The position numbers and the translations under genes are program-made. Of a DNA stretch of 64,000 nucleotides, positions 25,981 to 38,745 are shown one piece after another. Source of the stretch: Octopus sinensis (lineage: Eukaryota). Every line of letters starts with the position of its first letter. Positions within the stretch are counted from its first letter, which is position 1. The notes beneath the pieces are model-generated. The model searched no databases, was not told the DNA's origin, and saw only the letters and a list, made by a program, of their open reading frames with translations. The DNA is taken from contig NC_043004.1 of assembly GCF_006345805.1 (NCBI RefSeq), forward strand, positions 20,708,001-20,772,000, written 5' to 3'.

Positions 25981-26205
25981 TGGTGCTCTGCCAGCAGGTG
26001 CAGCTGCCATACTGCCTACATTGGAAAATATTGCTTTGATGTCCACATCATCCAAAGCATGAACAAAGAGAGATTGCCAATAAGATTCAACTGATGCATC
26101 TGCTGCTTTTAAGATCATAGCGATTTTATCAGCAGTGACTGTAACTTGATCATCAGCGACAATTAATGCAACACAAACACATGCAAGCTCATTATTTGAT
26201 GCCAT
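25981..26205 (-). pseudogene. RPLP1: Processed, 3'-truncated 60S acidic ribosomal protein P1 pseudogene
   Basis: MASNNELACVCVALIVADDQVTVTADKIAMILKAADASVESYWQSLFVHALDDVDIKAIFSNVGS..AAPAG aligns with the P1 N-terminus; intronless; lacks the acidic EESDDDMGFGLFD tail. Confidence 0.9.
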
Positions 26206-26489
26206 TGTGTTTTTATGTAAGAAGTTTTGATTAATGATGAAATACAATGGTGTACATAGCCTGGATTCTGGCCTTAGCTCATTAAGAATAATACAATTCT
26301 AATGGAGGCAAGACCAGATATATATTCGACAGGCTTCTTTCAGTTTGAGTCTACCAAATCCACTCACAAGGCTTTGGTCAGTGAGGCTGAACTCGAAAGC
26401 CATGTAGTAGGGAAGCAAGCATCTGTGCCTATATCATATGTGTGTATGTGTGTGTGTGTGTGTGTGTATCATATACTCTTTTTTACTCT

Positions 26490-27240
26490 TTTTCTCTTTT
26501 ACTTGTTTCAGTCATTTGACTGCGGCCATGCTGGAGCACCGCCTTTAGTCGAGGAAATAAACCCCCAGGACTTATTCTTTGTAAGCCTAGTACTTATTCT
26601 ATCGGTCTCTTTTGCCGAACCGCTAAGTTACAGTGATGTAAATACACCAGCATCGGTAGTCAAGCGATGTTGGGGGGACAAACACACACACATATATATA
26701 CGTATATACGACGGGCTTCTTTCAGTTTCCATCAACCAAATCCACTCAAAAGGCTTTGGTCGGCCTGAGGCTATAGTAGAAGACACTTGCCCAAGGTGCC
26801 ACACAGTGGGACTGAAACCGGAACCATGTAGTTGGTAAGCAAGCTACTTACCACACAACCACTCCTGCGCCTATATATATGCACATTAAGAAACACATGT
26901 GCACATAGATAACATGCAAACATTCTTTTATTCTTTTACTTGTTTCAGTCATTTGACTGTGGCCATGCTAGAGCACCACCTTAAATGGTTTAAGTTGATG
27001 AAATCGACCCCAGGACTTATTCTGTGTAAACCTTGTACTTCTATCAGTCTCTTTTGCAGAACCACAAAGTTACAGGGGCATAAACACACTAGCATCGATT
27101 GTCAAGTGATGGCAAGGGGACAAACACAGACATACACACACACAAACACACACATTTATTTGCCCAAGGTTCCACACGGTGAGACTGAACCTGGAACTAT
27201 GTGGTTGAGAAGCAAAGTTCTTACCACACAACCACATAAA
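26490..27240 (-). mobile_element. Two SINE-B copies (26490-26870 full; 26930-27240 deleted)
   Basis: tttcagtcatttgactgcggccatgctggagcacc...accactcctgcgcc. Confidence 0.9.
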
Positions 27241-27535
27241 AATAATGCATTGAATCCATGCACCATTAATTCTTGATTGACTGAAATTTCACATTTTAGT
27301 TGAAGAAACACTTGGTAATTATGTGACTCTCAAAGAAAATGTGAAATTATTTCCAGAATTTAACAATTAATTTCTGAAGTTATTTTATATGTTTAGGAAA
27401 AGGACATTCTGATTTCAATTCTTTGGTAAGAGACAACAGTGGGTTGTCCGTTTCACCTCTTCAGCATATTACGGCATAACCAAGCTTGCAGATAAACAAA
27501 TAGGCTTTTACAGGCAGAAAACGTTACACATTTAA

Positions 27536-27756
27536 CCCTTTTCATATCAACCTGCTTGAGACCACTCCTAGCTTTATAATTCAAATTCTCTATTTTAAAG
27601 AGATTTAAATTAAAAACTTCCATCACAATCAAATGGGGCTTTATGTTCCAAAACCAGCTTAAAAATGACAGACGTATTTTAATAAATTCTTCATTAGTCT
27701 TTAAATTAGTTGAGACAAAGGTATTGTATTCGAAACGAAATACAGTAACAGAAGCG
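27536..27756. mobile_element. piggyBac-type MITE, family 2 (inverted relative to the copy at 49363)
   Basis: TTAA at 27532-27535 and 27757-27760; ends match the reverse complement of 49363-49579. Confidence 0.75.
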
Positions 27757-27885
27757 TTAAGGACAAGGGTAATTCTCAGTACTAGTGTATTAGATAGACT
27801 GCCTTGCAGGAGTCATTCTGGCTCTCTAAGGATGATAAATTCTGTGTTAGTCCAGTACTGAAGGAACGATTCTTTTCTCTCTCTC

Positions 27886-27939
<54 letters not shown>

Positions 27940-28015
27940 TATATATACACATATATATATATCTTTCTCTCACTCTCTCTCTCTCTCTCTCTCTATCTCT
28001 CACTTTCTCTCACTC

Positions 28016-28046
<31 letters not shown>

Positions 28047-28773
28047 CTACCTCTCTCTCTCTCATACCTGTAACTCAAATGTCAAACCTTATCATATTGA
28101 TCACATTGTGTCAAGCTAATTCAATCAAAAAACTATGTTAATGGCATGTGTGTTTGTAGAATACCAGCTGCTTCCACATTAAAGAATTTAGCTGTTTGAT
28201 CTTGTTTGAAGTATCTGAGTTTCTGCATATGCATGTGATGTGTGTGTGTGTGCGTACATGAGAGTACATGTCAATGTCTGCACATATATGCGTAGGTAAA
28301 GTGGGTAAGTATTTAAGGGAATCCAATTTTGAAATATATTTCTCTGCTGTTGTTAGCAGCTTAATTGTTCTCCTTCCTCTACACTGTTAATTTACATATG
28401 TATATTTGCACAACTATACACTTGTCTAAATATAAGTGTATGTCTACTGATATGCTTAAACCTATGTAGATATACATCAGCCAGTATATATGTACATATT
28501 CATTCACATGTTCACACATCCTTCCTAATTTACAACCATTCAAAATTTTCTCCTTCTTCTCACCATGTTTTCATATCACCTCTATTTCTCCTCCAACTAC
28601 AATGTATTGCTCCCTATCCATTATCAACCCAGATATTTGAATCCTAGTTCTAGATCCTATAAAGCCTAGCTGAAATTATCTTCACTAACAAAGATAAGTA
28701 TATACCGTTTAGTTTTAATTATCACTTAAATTCATTTATTTCTAAAAATAACCATCTGCATCTGGTCCCTCAC

Positions 28774-28821
28774 ATGCCACAGATGAACTAAATAGCAAAA
28801 GTCTAAACAGCATCATGACCA
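28774..28821 (-). CDS. Candidate 48-nt exon, signal-peptide-like (VMMLFRLLLFSSSVA)
   Basis: aaattttgtttttgattcag|...|gtgagg; only the phase-1 frame is open. Confidence 0.35.
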
Positions 28822-29656
28822 CTGAATCAAAAACAAAATTTATTAGGAGCTTGATTTAAGAAATATAACTGCAGAATCAATACTACTGAAATATTTCATT
28901 TAGGATTTGAATATAATGTTTGTAAGTTGTGTGCATCTATATATACCTGCATATGTTTACATGAAAGTGCATATGCATGTCTGGTTCTACTCTGTGTTTA
29001 TTTTATTCCCACATTTTTCCTCTGTGTGTATATAAATATACACACGTTTTTGTGTACATTTCTATGTACTTTTTGTGTGCATACCTATGTATACCTCAAG
29101 TAAATTCAAACAATTTGGGACATTAAGGATAAAACTCTGAATCTGTGATTTATCATATAAAGTCACTAAAACATGTTTAAAGTTATAAAAATTTTTTAAA
29201 TGTAATTTTGTATTTATTCAGTAAAACAGCTGTTTTCTTTTCTTCAAACTAAAAGCAGAATATTGAATTACACTGCTGAGAAATATGATGACCACTTCAC
29301 CAAAAACAAAAATTTTTTAAAGGAATCTTAAAGTAGATTATAGAAAAGCTTGTTTCAGAAAAGTTCTGAAGAAAGTGTTTCTGTTTGTATTTGGATAAAG
29401 CTAGTCAAGTTACAGGAAATTTTGTGACAAGTTGTTTTTATATCATAAACATTTATTAAATATGTGTGCATGTGTGTATGAGGAGTGTGCAAGTGCATGC
29501 TATCTTTATATATTCAGAGGATTCTGAATGGCAGAATGGATGTCATAATAATGTATCTGTGTGTGTGTGTAAGAATATACTTTAACATTAGAAATATTTA
29601 TCTAATACAGACAACAACAACAAACATTCAAGACACTTGCACTCACACACACACAC

Positions 29657-29712
<56 letters not shown>

Positions 29713-29799
29713 ACATATATATATATATGAATGTGTGTGCATGTATGTATATTGCTACCTAGATAGCTCGATATCAGATATTAAACATGCATGTGTGTG

Positions 29800-30673
29800 T
29801 GTGTATGTATACTTTCTCTCTCTCCTTCTCTCTCTCTCTCTCTCTTTCAATGATATTTTTGTTTGTTTGGTTTCTCCTAACACAAAGCAACACACTAACA
29901 TACTTGCCCTTCCAACCCACCCCTTCCACCTCAATTCCTTGTGACACAATTGATCTACTTACATATCTAATTCACACGAACACTATGAACCTCCTTACTT
30001 CATTTGAACTATTATGTCCTCTCTGTATTCTGGACTCTTCTCGATTTCCTGCTATATAGAAATTTATACATATTTGCATTTCTCTTCAATATGTTATATA
30101 AATACAGATGTAGGGCCGTTCTTTTGTTTCTCTTGTTGTTTACCTATTGAACTCATTTGTTTTCATATTTCATCTTGTTTACTGTTGGTGGCGTCCTGTA
30201 CCCATGTATGCATGTGTGTGTGCGTGTATATATATATATATATATAATACAGTGTACATTTAAACATATAAGGAATCCGCTTTTGGGATTCAACATGCTA
30301 GAAAGAACAACTAGGTTCTATAGCCACAAAATTAGGGATAAAATCCCGACAGGAATGAAATGAAAAATTAAAAATTTTACCATCTAGTTTCCTGAAATCT
30401 TCGTCAACAGGTACACCTTAGATTAAATATATAAAACACGGGGCAATCAACTATGTGCCTCTTGTTTATACATCCTAATTTTTTCAAAATCTACTGTGCA
30501 GATGCAGCCCCTCGTTGGCAATAAAAAAATGCCAACTTTTAAAATTCAGAAATTATCCCAAAACTTCGATATGATTAAGTATATATATATATATCAGGTG
30601 ATGCTATTGAGTCAAACATGGCCTGGGCCTATACTGGCTGAAACCTATCAAATGTACACATACCAATATGTAT

Positions 30674-30743
<70 letters not shown>

Positions 30744-30757
30744 TATATACATGTATA

Positions 30758-30845
<88 letters not shown>

Positions 30846-30858
30846 ATATATATATACA

Positions 30859-30890
<32 letters not shown>

Positions 30891-30924
30891 TTATGTATAT
30901 ATATATATTTATGTATATATATAT

Positions 30925-30956
<32 letters not shown>

Positions 30957-31680
30957 AATAAGCAACAAGAATGACTACCGGAGTCATTCTTGTTGCTTAT
31001 TTTGATTATAATCACCCCACGGATTTTTATGGAGAACACCATACAAAATTCTGGCGCATCTAAATTAAGTACCATATTCACTTGAATCTAAATTTTTGCT
31101 GAAGTTATATATATATTATATATATATATGTATATATGTGTATACACACACACACACACAAAATGTTAAATGACATAAGATAACAGGTATGTATAATGAA
31201 TGTTTAGGTCAAATCAGTGCCTGAATACCAACTTTAAGTGCAGGGATATGAGATCTGGCTAAATGAGGATTGGATATAGGCAAAGTATTTGTCAAGCTGG
31301 TATGAATATACTGGAGCAGATGTATGAAACCAGCGTACAACAGCTATCAAATTCATTTATAACATCTCAATATTTATATAACATATTGAAGAGAAACGTA
31401 AATATGTATAAATTTCTATATAGCAGGAAATCAGAAAGAGTCCAGAATATAGAGAGGACATAATAGTTCAAATGTAGTAAGGAGGTTCATAGTGTTCGTG
31501 TGAATTAGATATGTAAGTAGATAAATTGTGCCACAAGGAATTGAGGTGGAGGGGGTGGGTTGGGAGGGTAAGTATGTTAGTGTGTTGCTTTGTGTTAGGA
31601 GAAACAAAACAAACAAAAATATCATTGAAAGAGAGAGAGAAAACGAAAGAGAGAGAGAGAGAAAGAGAGAGAGAGAGTGA
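29800..31680. repeat. ~300-bp inverted duplication (29800-30104 vs 31371-31680)
   Basis: ORFs 29787-30059(+) and 31431-31751(-) give nearly identical peptides; nucleotide arms align with few differences. Confidence 0.92.
30946..31012. repeat. Perfect palindrome, 31-bp arms, 5-nt loop
   Basis: attataatcaaaataagcaacaagaatgact-accgg-agtcattcttgttgcttattttgattataat. Confidence 0.97.
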
Positions 31681-32039
31681 GAGGAGGAGGAGGAGCACAA
31701 CAATATTATCACTAAGAGAGGATAAGTGAGTGAGAGGGAAACGAATTGCAATATAGAAATTTAAGCATTTCAAAAAACAGGACTGTCTTTATGGAGAAAA
31801 CAAAGAGATTAATTAGTTCTATTTACATGGTTATTTCTATATATATATTGCCATTACTGAGGTCTTGAGCCATCTGATTTGGGTCAGCATGGGAATTTCA
31901 AAAGCAGCATATTGCTGAAGAGGAAATTTTCAGCTAGAGTTGAGGGTAATGTGCTGCTGTGTTAGGAGAAAATCATCATCGTCATCATTGTCATCTTTAT
32001 TTTTATCATGTCATTATAATCATCATTGTAAAATGCTGG

Positions 32040-32865
32040 AGTTCTATTGGGGATGAGTGGTAAGAAAGAGCAACGATGTCCTTGGGAAACTCTGAGCATC
32101 AAGAGGGATCAGTTAACTATTCTTTTCCAGGAGATTTTCAGGCTGGGGGCCTATGGATAATGTCCAGAAATCCCTGGCCTGGCAGTGCTACTGGGGAGCT
32201 CTGTCAGTTTGAGACAAGCTCTACAAACACAGAAGTGCCATCAGACAGACCTGTCTGAGGTATGCGCAAGGTGATGAAACTGTCCTACATGCACTTGTCC
32301 AATGTCTGTGCATTACTGACTTGTGGAGCTTTCTTGAACAGCTATTGACATGTAGGACAGATCCTGTTATCATCTCAGTCCATTTTGAAGATCACCCCAT
32401 TACTTTCCTTTAGTCAGGAAGGAAAGGCAGTTTTCCTCTATCTGGTGGCTATGACAAGGTTGAAAGGACTGAAGACAGATACTTTCCTTTTTAAAAAGGA
32501 AAGTAGTGAAGGTGGAGAGGGGAGTTCTGCCACGCCCATGATTTTTTTGAAAGGTGATTGAATGTGACAAGGATGGCCCATTTGAATGGGCCTACTCCGA
32601 ACTTTTGCTTGTGAACTGGGAGGAGTTGAAAAGGAGAAAGGCACCTGCTGAGGTGCACCTGGCAGTTGGGATAACCAGGATGTGTAGGGTTTCTCAGCTG
32701 TCTCTGTGAGGATCTTTTGGGGAATTTTATTGCTTAATTGTATTGTTAAATGTCCTTGTTATTTTATTGTTTACTCAATTTCTGTGTTAAACCCCACGTT
32801 TCCCTAGTTTTATATTGTCCCTATTTGTTTTGTGTTCGACCCTTGTGGTGAATAAAGAAACAATT
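32040..32865 (+). mobile_element. Tx1/L1-clade LINE 3' end with aataaa and (ATT)n tail
   Basis: QKSLAWQCYWGALSV*DKLYKH...TCLRYAQGDETVLHALVQC..ITDLW (C-terminal CCHC region). Confidence 0.8.
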
Positions 32866-32926
32866 ATTATTATTATCATTATTATTATTATCATTATTAT
32901 TATTATCATTATTATTATTATTATTA

Positions 32927-32981
<55 letters not shown>

Positions 32982-32983
<2 letters not shown>

Positions 32984-34525
32984 GAAAACTCTCAGCTTGT
33001 TTTGCTGGTTATGATGGAAAGTGTCAGCTGGCAACAGCCAGAACACCATGGTGACACTTGTTTACTGGTCATGCTTCAAGAATCCTGCAAAGAATTCTTG
33101 CTGTTCCAAGCAATGCTGATTTTTGTTGGTTTTCTATCTTGCACCAGTCTTTTTTAGCCATGCTGGTAGTTGAGTGCTGATACGTCCAAGTGCACCAATT
33201 ACTATTGGTATCATGTCTACTCTCTTCATTGACCATAACCTTTGTTTTCTCACTTCTAATCATCATAGTTGTTTATTTTTCCTTCTTCTTTCACATTGAT
33301 CCTGTTATCACCAGGGCATGCTATGTTGATTATCATACCTGTTCTTTCTTCTTTTTTCACCACAACAATGTCCGATTTTCTGATATCTGGTTTGGTCATC
33401 ATACTGGATCATTGCATCCCACTGGATTTTGCAGTTCTTATTTCTGGTGACTCCTTCTGGGGTTTTCTCATACTCTGTCTTTGCTCTTTGTAGGTTGTGA
33501 TTTCCACAGAACTCCCAATGGATTATTCTTGTCACATTGTCACGGCGTCTTTTGTATTTGCTTTGTGTCAATTTCTGGCATTTGCTAATGATGTGCCATA
33601 CCATTTCACCCCTCTCACCAAACACTCTGCATTTGTCACTATTGGTAGTGTTGTCTATTCAGCACTTCATATAGCTGCTTCTTAATGCTTGTTCTTGAGC
33701 TGCACATGTGAGTGTTTCTGTCTCTATTTTCAGGTCACTCCTCCTCATCCAAAGCCACCGGTCATCTGTATCTGTCTTGGCATTTACATCTCTTTCAAAC
33801 TGACCATACATTTTCTTTTTTGCCATTCTTTTTCGTTTCTTTTTTTTTTCATTTCTTGTTTAAATTTTTCTTTTGTTACACAATCTTCAGTTTTGATAAA
33901 GCTGACCTTCTTCATGTGTTTTAACAGTGGCTCCACAGCATTTTTTTTATATACTACCCTAAGCTGTGTTCCTCTGCTTCACTACAGTCCTGGCAACCGA
34001 TCAAACCTCTCTCATCCTTTCTTCTGGATAAGTACAGCCTATCAGTGTCACTCTTAGGTTAGAAAGCTCCATGTACTGTCAACATTTTTGCTGGTCTTGG
34101 TATCCATTTTCTTCACTTCTATCTTTTGCCATTTCATAATTCCTGCTCCATACCAAAGAGATGCTATCACCCACATATCAACTGCTTGGATTTTATTCCA
34201 TCCAGTCAATTTTGAGTGCAACACCAACCTCAGTCTTCAGAAGTACTCCATCCTCAGTTGCTCTTTCATTTCCTTTTCCATTATCTCGTAGAACTCTAGT
34301 ACACCAAAGTATTTGTATCCTTCCATTTCAATTTGTTTAATCAAGTCGCTATTCAGTAATTCTATCCCTGCTAGGGGCTGTACCTTGCTTCTTTTTAGGT
34401 AGATTATTCCACACTTCTTGAGTCCAAATTCCATTTTAATGTCAGTACTAAAACAGTGGACCATGTTCACCAACAAACTCACTAGTGTCTCATCTTTGCC
34501 ATACAGTATCATTATAGAACATTAC
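32982..34525 (-). mobile_element. R4/Dong-clade retrotransposon 3' part (RT motifs 5-7, zinc knuckle, RLE, 3'UTR, (AAT)n tail)
   Basis: LYGKDE...FSTDIKMEFGLKKC...GYKYFGVLE; SDLKIETETLTCAAQEQAL; HIISKCQKLTQSKYKRRRDNVTRIIHW; ALLGTARILCRILE. Confidence 0.92.
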
Positions 34526-34779
34526 ATTACCCTAGAGGGCACAACTTACTTCCCATTGTCAATGGGCCAAGTAAGTCTGAGTCAAATTGAGATAAGAGAT
34601 CTTCCCCAAAGAGACACTTTACCATAATTTCTGATTATTATTTTTTGGATCCTCCTGTAACTAACTTTATAGTAGAATCCACAATCTTAATGTTCTTGGA
34701 TTACCTTAAAATAACTTCATATGTGTGAAACAGTTGCTTCTTTGTTATGGTTATTAGAACTGTTAGCAGAAGTACTTAC

Positions 34780-34803
34780 ATGAAATTTGGTATTCACATA
34801 TGG
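34780..34803 (-). CDS. Candidate 24-nt micro-exon
   Basis: aatttatttaaatttcag|CCATATGTGAATACCAAATTTCAT|gtaagt; open in phases 0 and 1. Confidence 0.3.
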
Positions 34804-34884
34804 CTGAAATTTAAATAAATTATTTTTCCAAATAACAAAGCAATAATATCAAGGAAGTAAACAATATAAACATTTAGTTGTATA

Positions 34885-35408
34885 CCGTAAATCCTTGAGT
34901 ATAATCTGCATTTTTTTCCCCAAAAATTTAAAGGTCAAAATCCCTAGTGCGTACTATATACAAGGTTAAAAATGAAAAATATTTTCTAAGCAATGTCCGA
35001 GTCTCTATTTGCTGTCCAGCAATGTTTATTCAGATGCATTTTGTGATGTTGGGCACGAAAATACCTTAAGCTAAGCCTGAAAGCAATGAAGTCATAAAAG
35101 AATCATCCATAACTTGCAGTAGGCAACATTTATTAAAATAAAAGTATTCAGAATACAGAATAACATGTAACAAAAACAATTTGCAAACATATTTACATTC
35201 CCATATAACAGTTAAGAACATCACCGTTATTGTATTACGCATGCGCAGAAGTGTTTGTTTGACTAGGTGCTGCTGGCTTAATTACGCACGACTCAAGTTA
35301 GAGAAGGGGTACGTATTACACACAAGATTTAGGTTTTTCACAAGTACAGCCCCCTTAAAATCCCCTGCATATTATACTCAAGGGCGGACTATACTCGAGG
35401 ATTTACGG
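34885..35408. mobile_element. pogo/Tc1-type MITE (524 bp)
   Basis: TA|ccgtaaatccttgagtataatctgc ... gcggactatactcgaggatttacgg|TA. Confidence 0.88.
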
Positions 35409-35849
35409 TATTTGTTTAGCTCTATGTCAGCACTGACTGAGTAAACTTATGATCAAGAAGATTCCAGCAGTGAACATTTACTCCGATTTGTTCTTCAAAT
35501 TGTGCATCAATAATTTATCATTGTTTCCTTTTTTAAAACAGCCTATTTGGCTGCTATTTGCAGCAGGTTATGTCAAATGTTTTGATTCCATTGTATGGTC
35601 TTCTATCATAATCTCAGAGTTGACCAAAGCCTCATGAGTGAAATTTAATCAACAAAACTTGCTGCTGGATAACAGACTTAATACATCGCTCTGTTTAATA
35701 TATCACTACCTTTACTATCTATTTCTCCATCTCTGTCTCCACCCTCTCTCACTTATTAACTCCATCATTAACTTTTCTATCTGAGTAATTTCAAACCATA
35801 TTTCAATGTAAGTACTATTATATATGGAAATACATTCATATCATCTTAC

Positions 35850-35867
35850 CGTACCTAAGCAAAACGC
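35850..35867 (-). CDS. Candidate 18-nt micro-exon
   Basis: ggtattttccctgtag|GCGTTTTGCTTAGGTACG|gtaaga. Confidence 0.3.
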
Positions 35868-36931
35868 CTACAGGGAAAATACCCTGGTTACTCTCAGCAT
35901 GGAAACCAAATAAGCAAAGAAACTTTAATTAGTTAAAATTTAATCTTGTCAGTTAATCTGCTCCAGATTTCTTCTGATGTCTTGGCTGTCCATACTATGC
36001 AACAATACACCCCTTAGGCATGCTTCACTGTACTTTAGAGAGTCTGTCATTTACAACAAAGGGGTGAGGGTTTGTGGTGGGAAAAGCATCCAGCCATAGA
36101 AAATTTGCATAAATAAACTTTATCTACCCATGCAAGCATAAAAATGTGGACGTTAAAATGTTGATAATGATTGATGAAAGTTCACTGTTCCCTGAACTTC
36201 CTTCATCCATTGCTTAATTTAGCAACCATACTGGCACTATACTTGCATTTTTTCTGAAATTACTTTTCATTCACTTCCAAAATAGTTCTTTATTTTGTTC
36301 TGATATTTCTTTACTGATTCTTTATCAAAACTTAACAATAATTCTTTATTTTTAATTATCTCTGCCTTGTCTTCTGTACTGAGGCTATAAATTTCCTTCC
36401 AATTAAGGTGAATGATGAATATTTAATTCAGTACACCTCTGGCATATATTTCTGCATGGAATTAAGAATAGAAAATGAGCAGCAAGAATAAGAAGAAAGA
36501 TCAGTATGGTTTACAAAGAATTGTTAAATGTCAGAAAATGTCAATGCTACTTCAACAAGATCACAAGAAGCAATGTTTAATCTGTTGGATGAAGATCAGA
36601 GTGAAAAGAGAACTGAGTTCAAAATAAGGATGCTAAAGTCTGAAGTGGAGTAAAATCTTCAGCAAAACATTTTTGCGGTTTGCATGAAAGATTTAACACG
36701 TGATGATTGGTTATGAAGGTGAATATTGAAGGAAACTGGAAAAGGAGATGAAGAAAGGATTTTGAATTCCTTATACATTGTCTAGTTTAAAGTGTGAGAC
36801 ATTATGAAACATTCTTTGTTAATCAATCTACAATGAAAGAATAGTGATTGTTCTGAATTTGTACAATACAATATACTATAATCACAAACTCTGCATCTCT
36901 TCTGAACCTTTCCCACTATCTTATCACTCTG

Positions 36932-37164
36932 TAAGGCAGCGAGCTGGCAGAAACGTTAGCACACTGGGCCAAATGCTTAGCAGTATTTCGTCTGCCGCTA
37001 CGTTCTGAGTTCAAATTCCACCGAGGTCGACTTTGCCTTTCATCCTTTTGGGGTCAATTAAATAAGTACCAGTTACGCACTGGAGTCGATATAATCGATG
37101 TAATCCGTTTGTCTGTCCTTGTTTGTCCTCTCTGTGTTTATCCCCTTGTGGGTAGTAAAGATTT
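36932..37164 (+). mobile_element. Full-length SINE-A with 16-bp target-site duplication
   Basis: ctatcttatcactctg at 36916-36931 and 37165-37180. Confidence 0.95.
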
Positions 37165-37853
37165 CTATCTTATCACTCTGACTCCCTCTCTTTCTATCTC
37201 TCTCTTTCTCTCACACACACACACCCTGAGATGACAATGTTTATCTCTTCCCTTCGTATTACTCTCTTCTCTCACATTGTTTCTGTTAGGCTCTCCTGTA
37301 TCGTCCTCTTTCAATAATAAGAACTGGTTAAGACCCTAATTACTTCCTCAACCCATGCAAAGTGGGAGAGCAAACTGAGCACCCATCACCATTACAAATT
37401 TGTCCTCCCATTACTTCACACTAATCCCTAGCACAGCTCTCTTCCTTTCCTTCTCTCTCATCTCTACTACTCTCCCAAACATTGCTCTCTCTATTATAAT
37501 CCTCTCACAACAATAAATCTGTCCCATCCATTATAGTGACTCTCTTTCACCTCGTAGCTCACAACATGTGTTCCTCTGTGCTGGTGCAACAAAAGACCAC
37601 ACTGTACGTTGCAACTGATCAGTAAATCAAATTGAGCAATGATGATACAGGGTTTGGGTGAGAGCTCTTTCATCCTGCTGATAGCAATGCAACTTTCCTA
37701 GTACTGGTGCCATGAAAAGTGCACCCAGTACCCTCTATAAAGTGGCTGGTGTTTGGAAGAACATAAAATATTTAAAACAAGATATAATTTAAAGAAATAA
37801 AACATGAAAGGTTTCTGCTCAGGTTTGGTTAGGTCAGTTCATGCTCCATTCAC

Positions 37854-37868
37854 TTAAACTGTACTCTA
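37854..37868 (-). CDS. Candidate 15-nt micro-exon
   Basis: ggtccgttctattgcag|TAGAGTACAGTTTAA|gtgaat; open in phase 1 (EYSL). Confidence 0.25.
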
Positions 37869-38745
37869 CTGCAATAGAACGGACCATTAAGCATTGTTTA
37901 AGACATTTGATATTGAAAAATACCAACATCTTAAACTAAGTCTCTTGTCTTAATTTTAATTTTACTCATAATCTATAGTTCTTTTTACAAGTATGCTGAA
38001 GAATATTTCATGTGGTAATACTTCAATAAAACAAATTTTGAAGGAAGAAATACGAAGGAGGAATATTACCTCGCTTGGGAACTAACCATAGAAAATCGAT
38101 TTCGATGGATTTTGCTTGACCGTGCAACAGTTTGTGTGTGTATGTGTGTGTGTTACAAATAGTTGAAAGTATTTTGACAAAATTAGTCTCAGTTAATAAA
38201 AATGTACTTAATACATGGAGTTTGGGTATTAACTTAATTGAAGCAGTTCCTTGTATTAAATAAATTTATTGCAAATATATACATCAAAGGAAGTAGGGTT
38301 TAATTCTCTGTAAAATAACAATTTGGAAAAAATCTTGTGTTTTATAGGTATTAATACATTTAATTATATTTTCATATTAAAATTTTACATATGAAGAAAA
38401 TAGTTTCGAAAGCAAGTAATTGTTAATTAGAAATCAAAAATCTCCTTATATAAACTTATTTTATATTAAAAATCTTTTCATTAATATGGTCATAAATGAA
38501 ATTATAATGTCTATAACTTTTCCAAGCTCTCCCAAACTGATGTATATCTCAAACAATGTATTTATTGTTTAGATTCCGTATTTTGTAGAAAGTGTGGGTT
38601 AAAAGAGAGAATTCCAGGAAGTGACAATCCTGAGAATAAGGTTTGGGATGCAATATTTAGTATTGGCTTTATAGATTAAGATACATTAAGGATTAGTGTG
38701 AAGTGAGATGAGTTTATTGTGAAGATATTGAGGTAGAGGGAAATA

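Noticed and set aside
31382-31406. Hammerhead-like catat-tgaagag-aaacgta-aatatg in the inverted duplication
   Set aside because: Lacks helix II and the core C; could be chance in AT-rich DNA
36528-36655. Short plus-strand ORF MSENVNATSTRSQEAMFNLLDEDQSEK...
   Set aside because: 41 codons, no splice or homology support
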